Shown here one piece after another: positions 1 to 9,064 of a stretch of 64,000 nt of DNA. The position numbers and the translations under genes are program-made. Location of the stretch: positions 62,001-126,000 of IMG/VR virus record IMGVR_UViG_3300042289_000986. One strand, written 5' to 3'. Numbering within the stretch: the stretch's first letter is position 1; the number at the start of each line of letters is the position of its first letter. The notes under the pieces are model-generated. The model was not told the DNA's origin. It searched no databases and was given only the letters and a program-made list of their open reading frames with translations.

Positions 1-1523
1 ATGTAACAACATCTGATGGATTAAACGCATTAAGAGTTTTATCCCAAGATTTAGAATCTTCTGTTGATGATATCACCATTGGTGATAAAAATGGAAATCT
101 TGCATACGTTACCAATAGTGCATTAAATGTATTTGTAACCAATGGTATTAGTGCAGTTTCTCTTACAAATCAATTAACAGGTATTACTGTTTTAAATCCA
201 ATTACAGCAGTTAATGCTAATATAACAAACACAGTAGCAATTAGTACAACTCAAACTTTACCTATTTCTGGTTCAGTTACTGTTTTAAATCCCGTTACAC
301 AAGTTACTACATCCCAAGAACCTACTCAACTTGATGCCTTTGGAAGATTAAGAACATCTTCTCCCATGACTTTATTTGATTCAAGTCATAGATATAGAGA
401 TAATAATTTATGGTCTACATTATCAGCAAATAATGGTTCGGTTTCATTCAACGAATTACAGGGATTAATGGAGTTAAATGTCACCAATACGTCAGGGGCT
501 AGTGCAATAAGAGAAACAACAAAAGTGTTTTCCTATCAACCGGGTAAGTCATTGTTAGTCATGAACACCTTTGTCATGGCTCCTTCTACAAATAATTTAA
601 GACAAAGAGTAGGTTATTTTGGACAAGATAATGGTATCTATTTTCAACTAGATGATGGTGTAATGAGCTTTGTTGAAAGAACTTTAGTTAACGGTTCTCC
701 TTCTTCAGAAACTATAGTACCTAAATCAGCTTGGAATGGTGACAGATTAGATGGAACTGGACCTTCTGGATTTACTTTAGATATTACAAAAGCACAAATT
801 TTGTGGATGGATATTGAATGGCTTGGTTTAGGAACGGTAAGAACTGGGTTTGTTATCGATGGTAAATTTATTGTTTGTCATTCATTTCACCATGCTAACA
901 GAATTGCTTCAACTTATATTACTACAGCATCTTTGCCTCTGAGATATGAGATTGTTAATAAAGGAACTACAACAGGTGGTACTAAAACACTAAAACAAGT
1001 ATGTTCCACTGTAATATCAGAAGGTGGTTATGAATTGAGAGGTTTGCAACAGGCAGTATCTATTCCAATTAATGCAGCAAGAACCTTTGCGGCTACAAAT
1101 ACATATTATCCGATAATTTCAATTAAATTAAAAACAACTCCAGATAGACTCGATGCAATTATTATTTTAACGGCTTTATCAATTTTAGGAAAAGGAAATA
1201 ACATCAACTACAACTGGCAAGTAAAAGCAAGCGGAGATACATCAGGAGGAAGTTGGGTTGATGCTGGAGTTGATAGTGCAGTGCAATATAATATTACAGG
1301 AACAAGCTATGCGGGTGGAAGAATTTTAGCAAGTGGTTTCATAAATGCTTCTAATCAAGGTTCTCCGAATTTGGATATTCTTAAAGAAGCTTTGTTTAAA
1401 TTTCAATTAGAACGAAACAATTTAACGAAGACTCCTTTTGAATTAACTTTGGTTGCTGCATCAGATGCCACTAATAATGCTGGTATGTTTGCTTCAATGG
1501 ATTGGGAAGAGATTAGTAGATAA
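1..1523 (+). CDS. Virion structural protein, 5'-truncated by window edge (frame open from base 3, upstream of the track's ATG at 366)
   Basis: No stop in frame from 3 to 1523; Thr/Val/Asn-rich beta repeats, then DAFGRLRTSSPMTLFDS, a motif seen in aquatic myophage structural proteins. Confidence 0.6.
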   Translation, partial: VTTSDGLNALRVLSQDLESSVDDITIGDKNGNLAYVTNSALNVFVTNGISAVSLTNQLTGITVLNPITAVNANITNTVAISTTQTLPISGSVTVLNPVTQVTTSQEPTQLDAFGRLRTSSPMTLFDSSHRYRDNNLWSTLSANNGSVSFNELQGLMELNVTNTSGASAIRETTKVFSYQPGKSLLVMNTFVMAPSTNNLRQRVGYFGQDNGIYFQLDDGVMSFVERTLVNGSPSSETIVPKSAWNGDRLDGTGPSGFTLDITKAQILWMDIEWLGLGTVRTGFVIDGKFIVCHSFHHANRIASTYITTASLPLRYEIVNKGTTTGGTKTLKQVCSTVISEGGYELRGLQQAVSIPINAARTFAATNTYYPIISIKLKTTPDRLDAIIILTALSILGKGNNINYNWQVKASGDTSGGSWVDAGVDSAVQYNITGTSYAGGRILASGFINASNQGSPNLDILKEALFKFQLERNNLTKTPFELTLVAASDATNNAGMFASMDWEEISR

Positions 1524-1534
1524 TTTACTTTTTT

Positions 1535-2200
1535 ATGATTCTCTGTTTATCAGATATTCATTTAGGAAGTCCAATATGTCAGGCAGAATTGACATTAAAA
1601 ATATTAGAAGATTGCGAGTACGATAAACTTATAATTTGTGGTGATCTTTTAGATTCTTATAACATTCATAGACTTTGTAAAAAACAATGGAAAGTTTTAT
1701 CTGCCTTGAGGAAAATATCCAAAACTAAAGAGTGCATTTTCATTAAAGGAAATCACGATAAAAGTTTGGAAACCGTAAGTGCTTTGCTTGGTTTTGATTT
1801 TAAATTGGAACACATTGAAAAGATTGGTGGTAAAAAGTTTTATTTTGTTCATGGGGATAAATGGGATTATATAATTCAATTAAGACCATTGTTAACTGAA
1901 ATCGCATCGGGAATTTATTATTTTTTACAAAAAATAGATAAGACCCAAAAGTTTACAAGAAAATTAAAAAAGAAAATTAAAACTTGGAGATCATCTGCTG
2001 ATAAAGTTATGGAAAGAGTAGCTAATCACGGAAAAGATTTAAATTGTGATGTGGTTGTATTTGGACATACCCACATGCCAGAGCATAAAAACGTCAATGG
2101 AATAGAATGTGTTAATTTAGGTTCTCAGTGTGATCTACCAGTTACATACTGTAAAATAAGTAATAAAGGTAACATAACTTTAAAAAGTTTAGATAAATAG
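1535..2200 (+). CDS. Calcineurin-like metallophosphoesterase, LpxH (UDP-2,3-diacylglucosamine hydrolase)-like
   Basis: Motifs SDIHLG, GDLLD, GNHD, HGD, FGHTH, N(L)GS. Confidence 0.8.
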   Translation: MILCLSDIHLGSPICQAELTLKILEDCEYDKLIICGDLLDSYNIHRLCKKQWKVLSALRKISKTKECIFIKGNHDKSLETVSALLGFDFKLEHIEKIGGKKFYFVHGDKWDYIIQLRPLLTEIASGIYYFLQKIDKTQKFTRKLKKKIKTWRSSADKVMERVANHGKDLNCDVVVFGHTHMPEHKNVNGIECVNLGSQCDLPVTYCKISNKGNITLKSLDK

Positions 2201-2208
2201 TAATAGTT

Positions 2209-3045
2209 ATGTTCGTAGGTATTTTAGCTTTAACCGCATTTATTATTGCTGGTGTGGCAGCATATTTTTCTGTTTATGGTATTGCTACACTCTATGCAGG
2301 AGCATTTATTTCTGTTCTTGTCATGGCAGGAGCTTTGGAAGTCGGTAAGCTTGTAGCAACAAGTTTTCTTTACCGATACTGGCACAAGACTAATCTGTTG
2401 TTAAAAACTTATATTCTTGTTGCCATTTTAACTCTGATGGGAATTACATCAATGGGTATATTTGGATTTTTGACATCAGCTTATCAAACAAGTCTTATAG
2501 AATATTCTCAAGCAGAAACACAACAAGAATTTTTGGTATCGCAAAAAGCGATACTTGAAAAAGAATTAGAGTCTTTGGCAATGCGTGTTGATACCTTAAA
2601 TCAATCTCGTCTCTCTCAAGAACAAAGACTCCCATCAATGTCTCGTAGATCAGCAGCACCTGTTTATGAAGATATTAAAAAGTCTGGAGAAGAAATTACA
2701 CAATCTAAAGGAAGAATGAATCAAATATTTGAAGAAATAAAAGCCCTTGATTTACAAACACTGGAAGCACAAAAACAAAGTGGTAAACAAAAAGATATTG
2801 GAACACTCAAATATGCAGCAGAACTTTTTGGAACAGATATCAATACAATTGTTAAGTGGTTCACACTTGCTATTATTGTTGTATTCGATCCTTTGGCTAT
2901 TGCTTTAGTTTTAGCTTATAACATAGCAGCAAATAAAAAATTTGATGAAGAGGAAATTGTAGTCGAAGATGAAGAAAAAGAAGTTAAATTAATAAGAAAA
3001 ATTAAAGAAAAAATTTTACCATCAACAGCAAAATATAGAAACTAA
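2209..3045 (+). CDS. Membrane protein with long coiled coil (conserved myophage protein)
   Basis: Three N-terminal TM helices, coiled coil, C-terminal TM with VFDPLA; TAAATA upstream. Confidence 0.6.
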   Translation: MFVGILALTAFIIAGVAAYFSVYGIATLYAGAFISVLVMAGALEVGKLVATSFLYRYWHKTNLLLKTYILVAILTLMGITSMGIFGFLTSAYQTSLIEYSQAETQQEFLVSQKAILEKELESLAMRVDTLNQSRLSQEQRLPSMSRRSAAPVYEDIKKSGEEITQSKGRMNQIFEEIKALDLQTLEAQKQSGKQKDIGTLKYAAELFGTDINTIVKWFTLAIIVVFDPLAIALVLAYNIAANKKFDEEEIVVEDEEKEVKLIRKIKEKILPSTAKYRN

Positions 3046-3046
3046 T

Positions 3047-3187
3047 ATGAAATATAGTAAAAATAGAAAATATAGAGATCAAGAAGTTATTCTTGAAAAA
3101 GAAATTAAAACAGTTAAAAAGAAAATTAAAAAGAAGACTTCTGTTTTAGATAAAGTTAAAAACTTTTTTAAAAAACTTTGGAAATAA
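3047..3187 (+). CDS. Small Lys-rich protein (46 aa, not in ORF track)
   Basis: ATG right after previous stop; MKYSKNRKYRDQEVILEKEIK...FFKKLWK. Confidence 0.45.
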   Translation: MKYSKNRKYRDQEVILEKEIKTVKKKIKKKTSVLDKVKNFFKKLWK

Positions 3188-3196
3188 TTTTGAAAG

Positions 3197-3653
3197 TGGA
3201 GGTGAGGAGAGTTGAACTCCTGTCCAAATAATCTAGGCTAAAAGGTCTACATGTTTGAGTGTCTTTAGCATTTCAGCCACCATACGGTAACGGAGACTTT
3301 AGGCTGCATAGTGACACTAACTGAGTTTATAGTCTGCCTGTAGACATTATCGCAATCTACATACGGTTGATATTTTGTTGTTACGTTAGAACTACCAACA
3401 ATCTAACAACCTCTGCTATCAATGATTCTTTAGAGGATCCAGAATCAAGGTTCTTAGGCGGCTAAGAGCATCTCTTCATCCGCATATGAGGCGAGAACCT
3501 CATCAGCGTTGTTGAAAATACTCTCGGCTTCTGCCAAGAGATCAGAAGTGAAATCTTCTGCATTTAGTTTTTTAATCGATTTTTTACGAGGCCATCGATT
3601 AACCTCGACATGCACTTTTAGTTTCAACTATCTGTCGAAACCAGTACACCCCC
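3197..3653 (-). ncRNA. ssrA: tmRNA (about 457 nt)
   Basis: 5' GGGGGTGTACTGGTTTCGAC; 3' GACAGGAGTTCAACTCTCCTCACCTCCA; acceptor stem with G3.U70; internal tag frame 3561-3454 ending LLAA-stop. Confidence 0.95.
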
Positions 3654-3654
3654 A

Positions 3655-3669
3655 AATTTTCAAAGAACA
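3655..3669 (-). promoter_or_regulatory. boxA-like antitermination element upstream of tmRNA
   Basis: Minus strand TGTTCTTTGAAAATT immediately before the tmRNA 5' end. Confidence 0.6.
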
Positions 3670-3676
3670 GATCTAT

Positions 3677-4849
3677 TTAGTCAACCTTCAAAGTTTTACC
3701 CAATGAATTGATTGTGGCTTTTTTATTGGTAACCTTAACCAATTCAACGCCTGTGCTATCTTCAGAATAATTGACAATACAAAAACCATTTTGCCAATTT
3801 GCGCCTTTAACATAGGTAGGATTCAGTTTACATGCACATCCGATTTCATGGTTCTCAATAATTTCCATTGGACGAGAACCAATCTTTGGAATGGTTTGAT
3901 ATGTTGATCCCAAACGATGAGTATGGCTTGTAATAGTAGAAGCAAAATGTTTTTCAAAATTACCTCTAGCAGAGAAGCCACCATGCTTACGAACAATATC
4001 ACCATGATAAACAAACACGTTATTTGGCAACTCTACCAAAGAATCCATATCATCTGTAGCATCTACTAAACGAATTCTTGACCAATCAGCTTGAGGATGG
4101 AACACCTTCGTATATGAGAGATTCTCTGCAATTTGTGGAAGCTCTAAAAGTTGTTTGATATCATCACTGGCAGAAATGTATCTCCACCAACGACCTTCGA
4201 TACCATTACCTGAATGGTTTCCATTCGTTTCAAGAATCTCTGCTTTAAATGGTTCTGTAATATCATGAAGAATTTTGAGAAATTTATGATAAGCCTCAAT
4301 TTCATCATTGATACTATGACCATGACGAGCATCTTTAGAATACTTGCTAATAGAAAGAAGATCAACCGTATCACCATTAAGAATAATTCTTTCTGGTTTC
4401 ATTTCTTCGACAGCTTGAAGAAAGATGTTGATCGTATCCCAACACTCAAAACCAAAGTGAGTGTCACCAATAATCATTGTTGATTTGTTGGCAACCGAAT
4501 ATGTTTTAGGTTTTACTGGAGCAGGATATTGGACGTATTTAACATTTTCCAAAAACTCTTTCAAACGTTCTTGGCGGAAATCATTTTTGGTCATTCCTGC
4601 AAGATAAGGAGTTTCAAAAGATTCCGTAGTTTCTTCTTCAGTAATAATATTGATTGGGTTGTCATTCTCATCAAAAGAATTTTGAACTGTTGTCTTAACA
4701 GTAGTATTGCGGCGGCGACCTGTAACCCAATCGTGAATGGTTGATCTTGGAACGCCTAACAGTTCAGAAATTTCTGTTTTGGTTTTACCTCTTCCGTGAA
4801 GCTGTAAAACTTTTTTACGTTTAATATTTCGATCTGAATTTATATTCAT
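3677..4849 (-). CDS. N-terminal HTH fused to calcineurin-like metallophosphoesterase
   Basis: KTEISELLGVPRSTIHDW HTH; GDTH, GDTVD, GNH, HG, SHTH motifs. Confidence 0.8.
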   Translation of the reverse strand: MNINSDRNIKRKKVLQLHGRGKTKTEISELLGVPRSTIHDWVTGRRRNTTVKTTVQNSFDENDNPINIITEEETTESFETPYLAGMTKNDFRQERLKEFLENVKYVQYPAPVKPKTYSVANKSTMIIGDTHFGFECWDTINIFLQAVEEMKPERIILNGDTVDLLSISKYSKDARHGHSINDEIEAYHKFLKILHDITEPFKAEILETNGNHSGNGIEGRWWRYISASDDIKQLLELPQIAENLSYTKVFHPQADWSRIRLVDATDDMDSLVELPNNVFVYHGDIVRKHGGFSARGNFEKHFASTITSHTHRLGSTYQTIPKIGSRPMEIIENHEIGCACKLNPTYVKGANWQNGFCIVNYSEDSTGVELVKVTNKKATINSLGKTLKVD

Positions 4850-4850
4850 A

Positions 4851-4885
4851 TTGCCAATATTAAGCTACTGTGGTATATTTGTCAA
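4851..4885. promoter_or_regulatory. Overlapping divergent sigma70-type promoters
   Basis: Plus: TTGCCA-N17-TATATT; minus: TTGACA-N17-TAATAT, ending 7 nt before the ATG at 4849. Confidence 0.65.
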
Positions 4886-4894
4886 ATCTTTTTT

Positions 4895-5227
4895 GTGAAT
4901 AAATATATGATGGAAGAACAAGAATACTTTCAACTGAATGAAAAACTGAAAGAAGAACTGGTTTTAAAATACGAAGCATTTGAAGTTAAAACTATTTTTT
5001 ATCCTAATGGTTTTAGTATTGTACCATATCCTTTTTATGAATCAATTGCTAGATGGCATAAAGATGTAGATGAGAAAATAATAGCAAGAGGAATGGCTAA
5101 AATTTGGAAATATCAAAAAAAGATAAACGATTTGTGTGAAATGTCTGATCCTGTGTTTGAAACTAGCTACGGCCATCCACAAATCGTCTGGGCTATATTT
5201 CCTGACAATATTGACACTCCAAATTGA
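4895..5227 (+). CDS. Hypothetical protein
   Basis: ORF downstream of the divergent promoter. Confidence 0.55.
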   Translation: MNKYMMEEQEYFQLNEKLKEELVLKYEAFEVKTIFYPNGFSIVPYPFYESIARWHKDVDEKIIARGMAKIWKYQKKINDLCEMSDPVFETSYGHPQIVWAIFPDNIDTPN

Positions 5228-5245
5228 TAATTATTAATATCTCCA

Positions 5246-5692
5246 ATGGAATCATATACACACCGAAGATCAGCAGATAAAAGCGATGCTAAAGTTAATA
5301 TAATTGAATTTTTAAACCAATTTGAAGTAAAACACAGAGCATTTATCAGTTTAATTTTAAGACCGCTGTTTATGCTTTTGATGTTTTTATCTGTAGGATA
5401 TTATACAATGTGGCTTTCATCAACATACGTTAAACAAACTCAATTTGGTCAATATATCGAAAAACAAGACGTAGAAGACGCAAAACAAGATGAATTAGCC
5501 AAAACACGATTTGAAGTAGTACAAACTAAATTGGATGCAATCATCAATCAACAAACAATATACACTGAACAATTAAAATCTGTAAATCAACTGATGGTTA
5601 ATCAACAAAAAGATGTTGATGATTTAAATGAAAGAGTTACATATATAGAGAGAAATATTAGAAATTATTATTCTGAACCAAATACACCATGA
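5246..5692 (+). CDS. Single-TM protein with C-terminal coiled coil
   Basis: Hydrophobic segment about aa 33-58; heptad-rich C-terminus. Confidence 0.55.
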   Translation: MESYTHRRSADKSDAKVNIIEFLNQFEVKHRAFISLILRPLFMLLMFLSVGYYTMWLSSTYVKQTQFGQYIEKQDVEDAKQDELAKTRFEVVQTKLDAIINQQTIYTEQLKSVNQLMVNQQKDVDDLNERVTYIERNIRNYYSEPNTP

Positions 5693-6075
5693 AATATGAT
5701 TTATTAGTATCAAGTTATCTTGATAAACTTGGAAAACCAAAATATAAAAATTCGTATGTTATATCTTACGATCAAAAAAGATATACTTTAAGTGCCAATA
5801 CACCAAAACAAGCAATGGCATTTATTGGTAGAAAAATTGCGGAAAAAATGAATTATAAAAATCCTGCGATTGTTATTTCAAAAGTTTTACAAAATGCAAA
5901 AGTTGTTGAAGAAAAACCTAACCCAGAGACAAAACCAATTGTTAATGAAGAAAAAGCCAAACGTGACCGTTGCTTGCGAAGGGCGGATAGCGTCTACGGT
6001 AAAAAAACAAGTGCCTATAAATCTGGCGCGGTAGTCAAGTGTCGCCAAGGTAAAATCTGGAAAAAGAAAAAATGA
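5689..6075 (+). CDS. Small basic Cys-containing protein, putative head-internal protein
   Basis: C-terminal DRCLRRADSVYGKKTSAYKSGAVVKCR; leader MKYDLLVSSYL. Confidence 0.55.
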   Translation: MKYDLLVSSYLDKLGKPKYKNSYVISYDQKRYTLSANTPKQAMAFIGRKIAEKMNYKNPAIVISKVLQNAKVVEEKPNPETKPIVNEEKAKRDRCLRRADSVYGKKTSAYKSGAVVKCRQGKIWKKKK

Positions 6076-6335
6076 ATTTAAAACAATTAATTTTAGATGT
6101 AATTGAAGAAGGTTTTCAAAAAGAAAAAAAAGAAGGATTGCATGGTTGGTTTTCTAGAAATAAAGGAAAGGGTTGGGTGGATTGTAAAACAGGAAAAACG
6201 TGCGGAAGACAAAAAGGAGAAAAAAGAAAAGGGTATCCTGCTTGCCGTCCAACCAAATCTATGTGCAATTCTCGTAAAAGACACAAGAAAGGTTCTAAAA
6301 GAATTTCTTGGAAAAAAGGAGATAAGGCATCTTAA
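6072..6335 (+). CDS. Small basic Cys-rich protein
   Basis: GLHGWF..KGWVDCKTGKTCGR..YPACRP; leader ending IEE. Confidence 0.6.
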   Translation: MNLKQLILDVIEEGFQKEKKEGLHGWFSRNKGKGWVDCKTGKTCGRQKGEKRKGYPACRPTKSMCNSRKRHKKGSKRISWKKGDKAS

Positions 6336-6355
6336 AAAGTATAAGTATTCATACA

Positions 6356-6670
6356 ATGAAAACAAAAGACCAAATGCTTTTAGAACAAGCTTATAATAAA
6401 ATTTTAAATGAAATAAGCGGTTTCGATGAAGATGATAGTGCTTCTGATGCACAACAAAACGCACCACAAGATTTAAAAGAAATCGAACAAGATTTGATGA
6501 GTGGTGAGTTTGGTGCTGCTTATGGAAAGTTAGAAAAACTTTTAAAATCATTGGAACCATTGGTTGGTGACATGTTCACTAAAGAAGAACCAAAAGGACC
6601 AAACTCTGAAGAATTCTTAAAACAAAGAATGAGTTTGAAGTTTGACGAAGAAGATAATCAAAACAACTAA
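6356..6670 (+). CDS. Acidic protein with KDQxLLExAY leader
   Basis: MKTKDQMLLEQAYNKILNE; TAAGTA 8 nt upstream. Confidence 0.65.
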   Translation: MKTKDQMLLEQAYNKILNEISGFDEDDSASDAQQNAPQDLKEIEQDLMSGEFGAAYGKLEKLLKSLEPLVGDMFTKEEPKGPNSEEFLKQRMSLKFDEEDNQNN

Positions 6671-6681
6671 GATTTTCTTTT

Positions 6682-7035
6682 ATGTCTGATCTTTCATTTA
6701 AAGATTATTTTCTTTTAAAGGAAGCTTTAGAATTTAAAAATGGTGGGTTTAGAATAACAGCCGATGATGGTGTTAATATAACTCTTGTTCAGCTTTTTAA
6801 AGATTTAAAAAATAACTGGAAAGAGCTTGCAAAATTTATTATACAAAATATAAAGTCTCATCATTTTAGTCCTTTAGTTATTATTATATCAATGGCGTTG
6901 GCTGGAATAAACACACAAGATTTTATCAATAAAAATCCTGAAGTTTTAAATTATGGAATAAGTCAAAAACTTATCGATAAAGTTGCCATTTTTTTAGATA
7001 AAAATCCCGAAGCTTTAAAATTATTTCAAAAATGA
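6682..7035 (+). CDS. Hypothetical protein
   Basis: ORF; leader SFKDYFLLKE resembles the T4 capsid-targeting sequence. Confidence 0.5.
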   Translation: MSDLSFKDYFLLKEALEFKNGGFRITADDGVNITLVQLFKDLKNNWKELAKFIIQNIKSHHFSPLVIIISMALAGINTQDFINKNPEVLNYGISQKLIDKVAIFLDKNPEALKLFQK

Positions 7036-7236
7036 AATCTTATAAGCAAGGTGTTGTAAACACAGACGATCATCCAATTTTAAGAAAAACTCAATTAGTG
7101 AGTATAATTTCCGAAGAAGATGATTTTTATATTGTTAAACCATTAATATCTTGTTTTGAACAAAAAATTTTAAAAAAAGATTTAATTGTTAATTGACATC
7201 AACCGATGTTTAAGGTAAGTTTATAGTATATTAAAT

Positions 7237-7307
7237 GCCTGGTTAGTTTAATGGTAAAACGGTTGATTTGTAATCATCTGACACCAGTTCGATTCTGGTA
7301 CTGGGCT
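7237..7307 (+). tRNA. tRNA-Thr(TGT)
   Basis: Acceptor GCCTGGT/ACTGGGC; anticodon loop TT-TGT-AA; TTCGATT T-loop. Confidence 0.9.
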
Positions 7308-7315
7308 TTTTAAAT

Positions 7316-7392
7316 TGCGGGATAGCAGTTCTGGTGAACTCAAGTGTCTCATAAGCACTTTTAGGTGGGTTCGATTCCCACTCCCGCTACCA
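7316..7392 (+). tRNA. tRNA-Met(CAT), initiator-like acceptor end
   Basis: Loop CT-CAT-AA; U1:U72 mismatch; encoded CCA. Confidence 0.88.
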
Positions 7393-7396
7393 ACTT

Positions 7397-7618
7397 ATGT
7401 ATGTACCATCTAAGCATTTTGAAAACCCTGAACAAGAAATAGTTTGTCTTTTAACAGGAGAATCTTATGTTTATTTAGAAGGCGATGATTTATCTCTAAT
7501 AGATCCAAAATATCATGAAGGATCTATAACAGAGCTACCAAAAAGATTTTTTCAACATCCTACTGGTATTTCAAAAGGAAATGGACAAGTTAGAATTTTA
7601 ATGCCCAAGATCCAATAA
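7397..7618 (+). CDS. Hypothetical protein
   Basis: ORF within tRNA region. Confidence 0.45.
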   Translation: MYVPSKHFENPEQEIVCLLTGESYVYLEGDDLSLIDPKYHEGSITELPKRFFQHPTGISKGNGQVRILMPKIQ

Positions 7619-7685
7619 TGTGACGAAATCTTAACTTGTTAGTTGGCACAAATGGTGCTAAATAAATGTGTGAAAGGAGGTATAC

Positions 7686-7847
7686 ATGGAAAAACATTAT
7701 CAAACACACCAATTGGGGATTGTTTTTGGTCCTTATGGTTCAGTTGGATATGTAGGAACAATACAGCGAGAAGATTTGAAAGAAATCGCTCAGATTTTTT
7801 TCGGATTGTTTCGTTGGGTTAAAACAACTTTAGCTTCATTGTTCTAA
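7686..7847 (+). CDS. 53-aa peptide with strong Shine-Dalgarno (not in ORF track)
   Basis: AAAGGAGGT-atac-ATG; MEKHYQTHQLGIVFGPYGSVGYVG...IFFGLFRWVKTTLASLF; followed by a terminator. Confidence 0.6.
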   Translation: MEKHYQTHQLGIVFGPYGSVGYVGTIQREDLKEIAQIFFGLFRWVKTTLASLF

Positions 7848-7857
7848 TCATAAACAC

Positions 7858-7885
7858 AACCCCTCTCGAAAGAGAGGGGTTTTTT
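7858..7885 (+). terminator. Intrinsic terminator
   Basis: AACCCCTCTC-GAAA-GAGAGGGGTT then T-run. Confidence 0.85.
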
Positions 7886-7921
7886 ATTTGACTTTTAAAA
7901 TATTTTTAGTATATTCTTATT

Positions 7922-8083
7922 ATGGACATCACATTTTTACTTCTTCGTTGGTTGGCAATTTTTACTGGATATTTTTTAATTGGATTAAGTATTGGTGCAG
8001 TATTATCTTTCATTTGGATTTCTTGGCGAGAAAAAAGAGCCAATAAACAATTCATGAAAGAAATTCTAAGTAAAAGAAAATAA
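7922..8083 (+). CDS. 53-aa single-TM membrane peptide (not in track)
   Basis: TTGACT..TATATT promoter ending 6 nt before ATG; hydrophobic N-half, basic tail. Confidence 0.55.
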   Translation: MDITFLLLRWLAIFTGYFLIGLSIGAVLSFIWISWREKRANKQFMKEILSKRK

Positions 8084-8090
8084 TTTTTAT

Positions 8091-8162
8091 GTCGCCATCG
8101 TCTAACGGTTAGGACACATGGTTTTCATCCATGTAATCGGAGTTCGATTCTCCGTGGCGATG
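8091..8162 (+). tRNA. tRNA-Glu(TTC)
   Basis: Anticodon arm CATGG-TT-TTC-AT-CCATG. Confidence 0.92.
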
Positions 8163-8167
8163 CTTTT

Positions 8168-8241
8168 GCGGAATTAGTTTAATGGTAAAACTGGACTCTT
8201 CCAAAGTCAGGACGAGGGTTCGATTCCCTCATTCCGCACCA
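8168..8241 (+). tRNA. tRNA-Gly(TCC)
   Basis: Acceptor GCGGAAT/ATTCCGC; loop CT-TCC-AA; CCA encoded. Confidence 0.92.
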
Positions 8242-8275
8242 CTTGACTTCTTTGTTTTGAAAATAAATTAATCAT

Positions 8276-8491
8276 ATGATTAATGCAGAAGTAAGAATAC
8301 CAAAACGAGGAGATGCAAAACTTAATTTAGATAGAGCACTTCAAAGACTAAAAACAAAATTAATGATCGAAGGAACTATGGATACTGTTCGATCAAAAAG
8401 AGCTTTTGAAACACCTAAAGAAAGAAGTGAAAGAAAACTTAAACAAAGATTAAAAATGATCAAGAAAAAATCTTTGACAAAAAGTAGATAA
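8276..8491 (+). CDS. rpsU: 30S ribosomal protein bS21
   Basis: V-x-I...LDRALQRLKTK..EG.M..VRSKRAFETPKERSERK pattern; 71 aa, basic. Confidence 0.88.
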   Translation: MINAEVRIPKRGDAKLNLDRALQRLKTKLMIEGTMDTVRSKRAFETPKERSERKLKQRLKMIKKKSLTKSR

Positions 8492-8509
8492 ACGTCTATA
8501 AATGATAAT

Positions 8510-9064
8510 GTGAAAACATTAATCATTCACCCAAAAGATACAAGTACTGTTTTTTTAGAACCAATCTACGAAAAGATTGATAACAAAACAGTTATCCAAA
8601 AAGATTGTTCCTTTGAACAACTTATTAATCTCATTGAAACACACGATAGAATTATGATGATGGGTCATGGTTCTCCTGATGGATTATTTTCTATTGGTAA
8701 TTTTGATGAGGGGTATGTTATTGATAAAAATATTGTGGATTTTTTAAAAAAGAAAAAAGAATGTTTTTATCTTTGGTGCAACGCTGATAAATTTGTTGAA
8801 AAATATCAATTGAATGGATTTTATTCAGGAATGTTTATTTCCGAAGTTAATGAGGCAAATTTTTGTAATGTGAATACCGATCAAAAATTGGTTAATGAAT
8901 CAAATTATTCTTTTTCTAAAATTGTTTCTAAATGGGCAAATTATGATATGAAAAACTTGTATGATAATGTAAAGATGGAATATAGCAAACTTGCAGAGTT
9001 TAATAATGTAGCTCTTTATAATTTAAAAAGACTTTATTATCAAACTAGCATAAATATTATTTGA
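8510..9064 (+). CDS. Hypothetical protein (caspase/CHAT-like GHG motif)
   Basis: IMMMGHGSPDG and LWC; TTGACA promoter upstream. Confidence 0.45.
   Translation: MKTLIIHPKDTSTVFLEPIYEKIDNKTVIQKDCSFEQLINLIETHDRIMMMGHGSPDGLFSIGNFDEGYVIDKNIVDFLKKKKECFYLWCNADKFVEKYQLNGFYSGMFISEVNEANFCNVNTDQKLVNESNYSFSKIVSKWANYDMKNLYDNVKMEYSKLAEFNNVALYNLKRLYYQTSINII

Noticed and set aside
3509-3706. 65-aa plus-strand ORF
   Set aside because: Antisense shadow of the tmRNA
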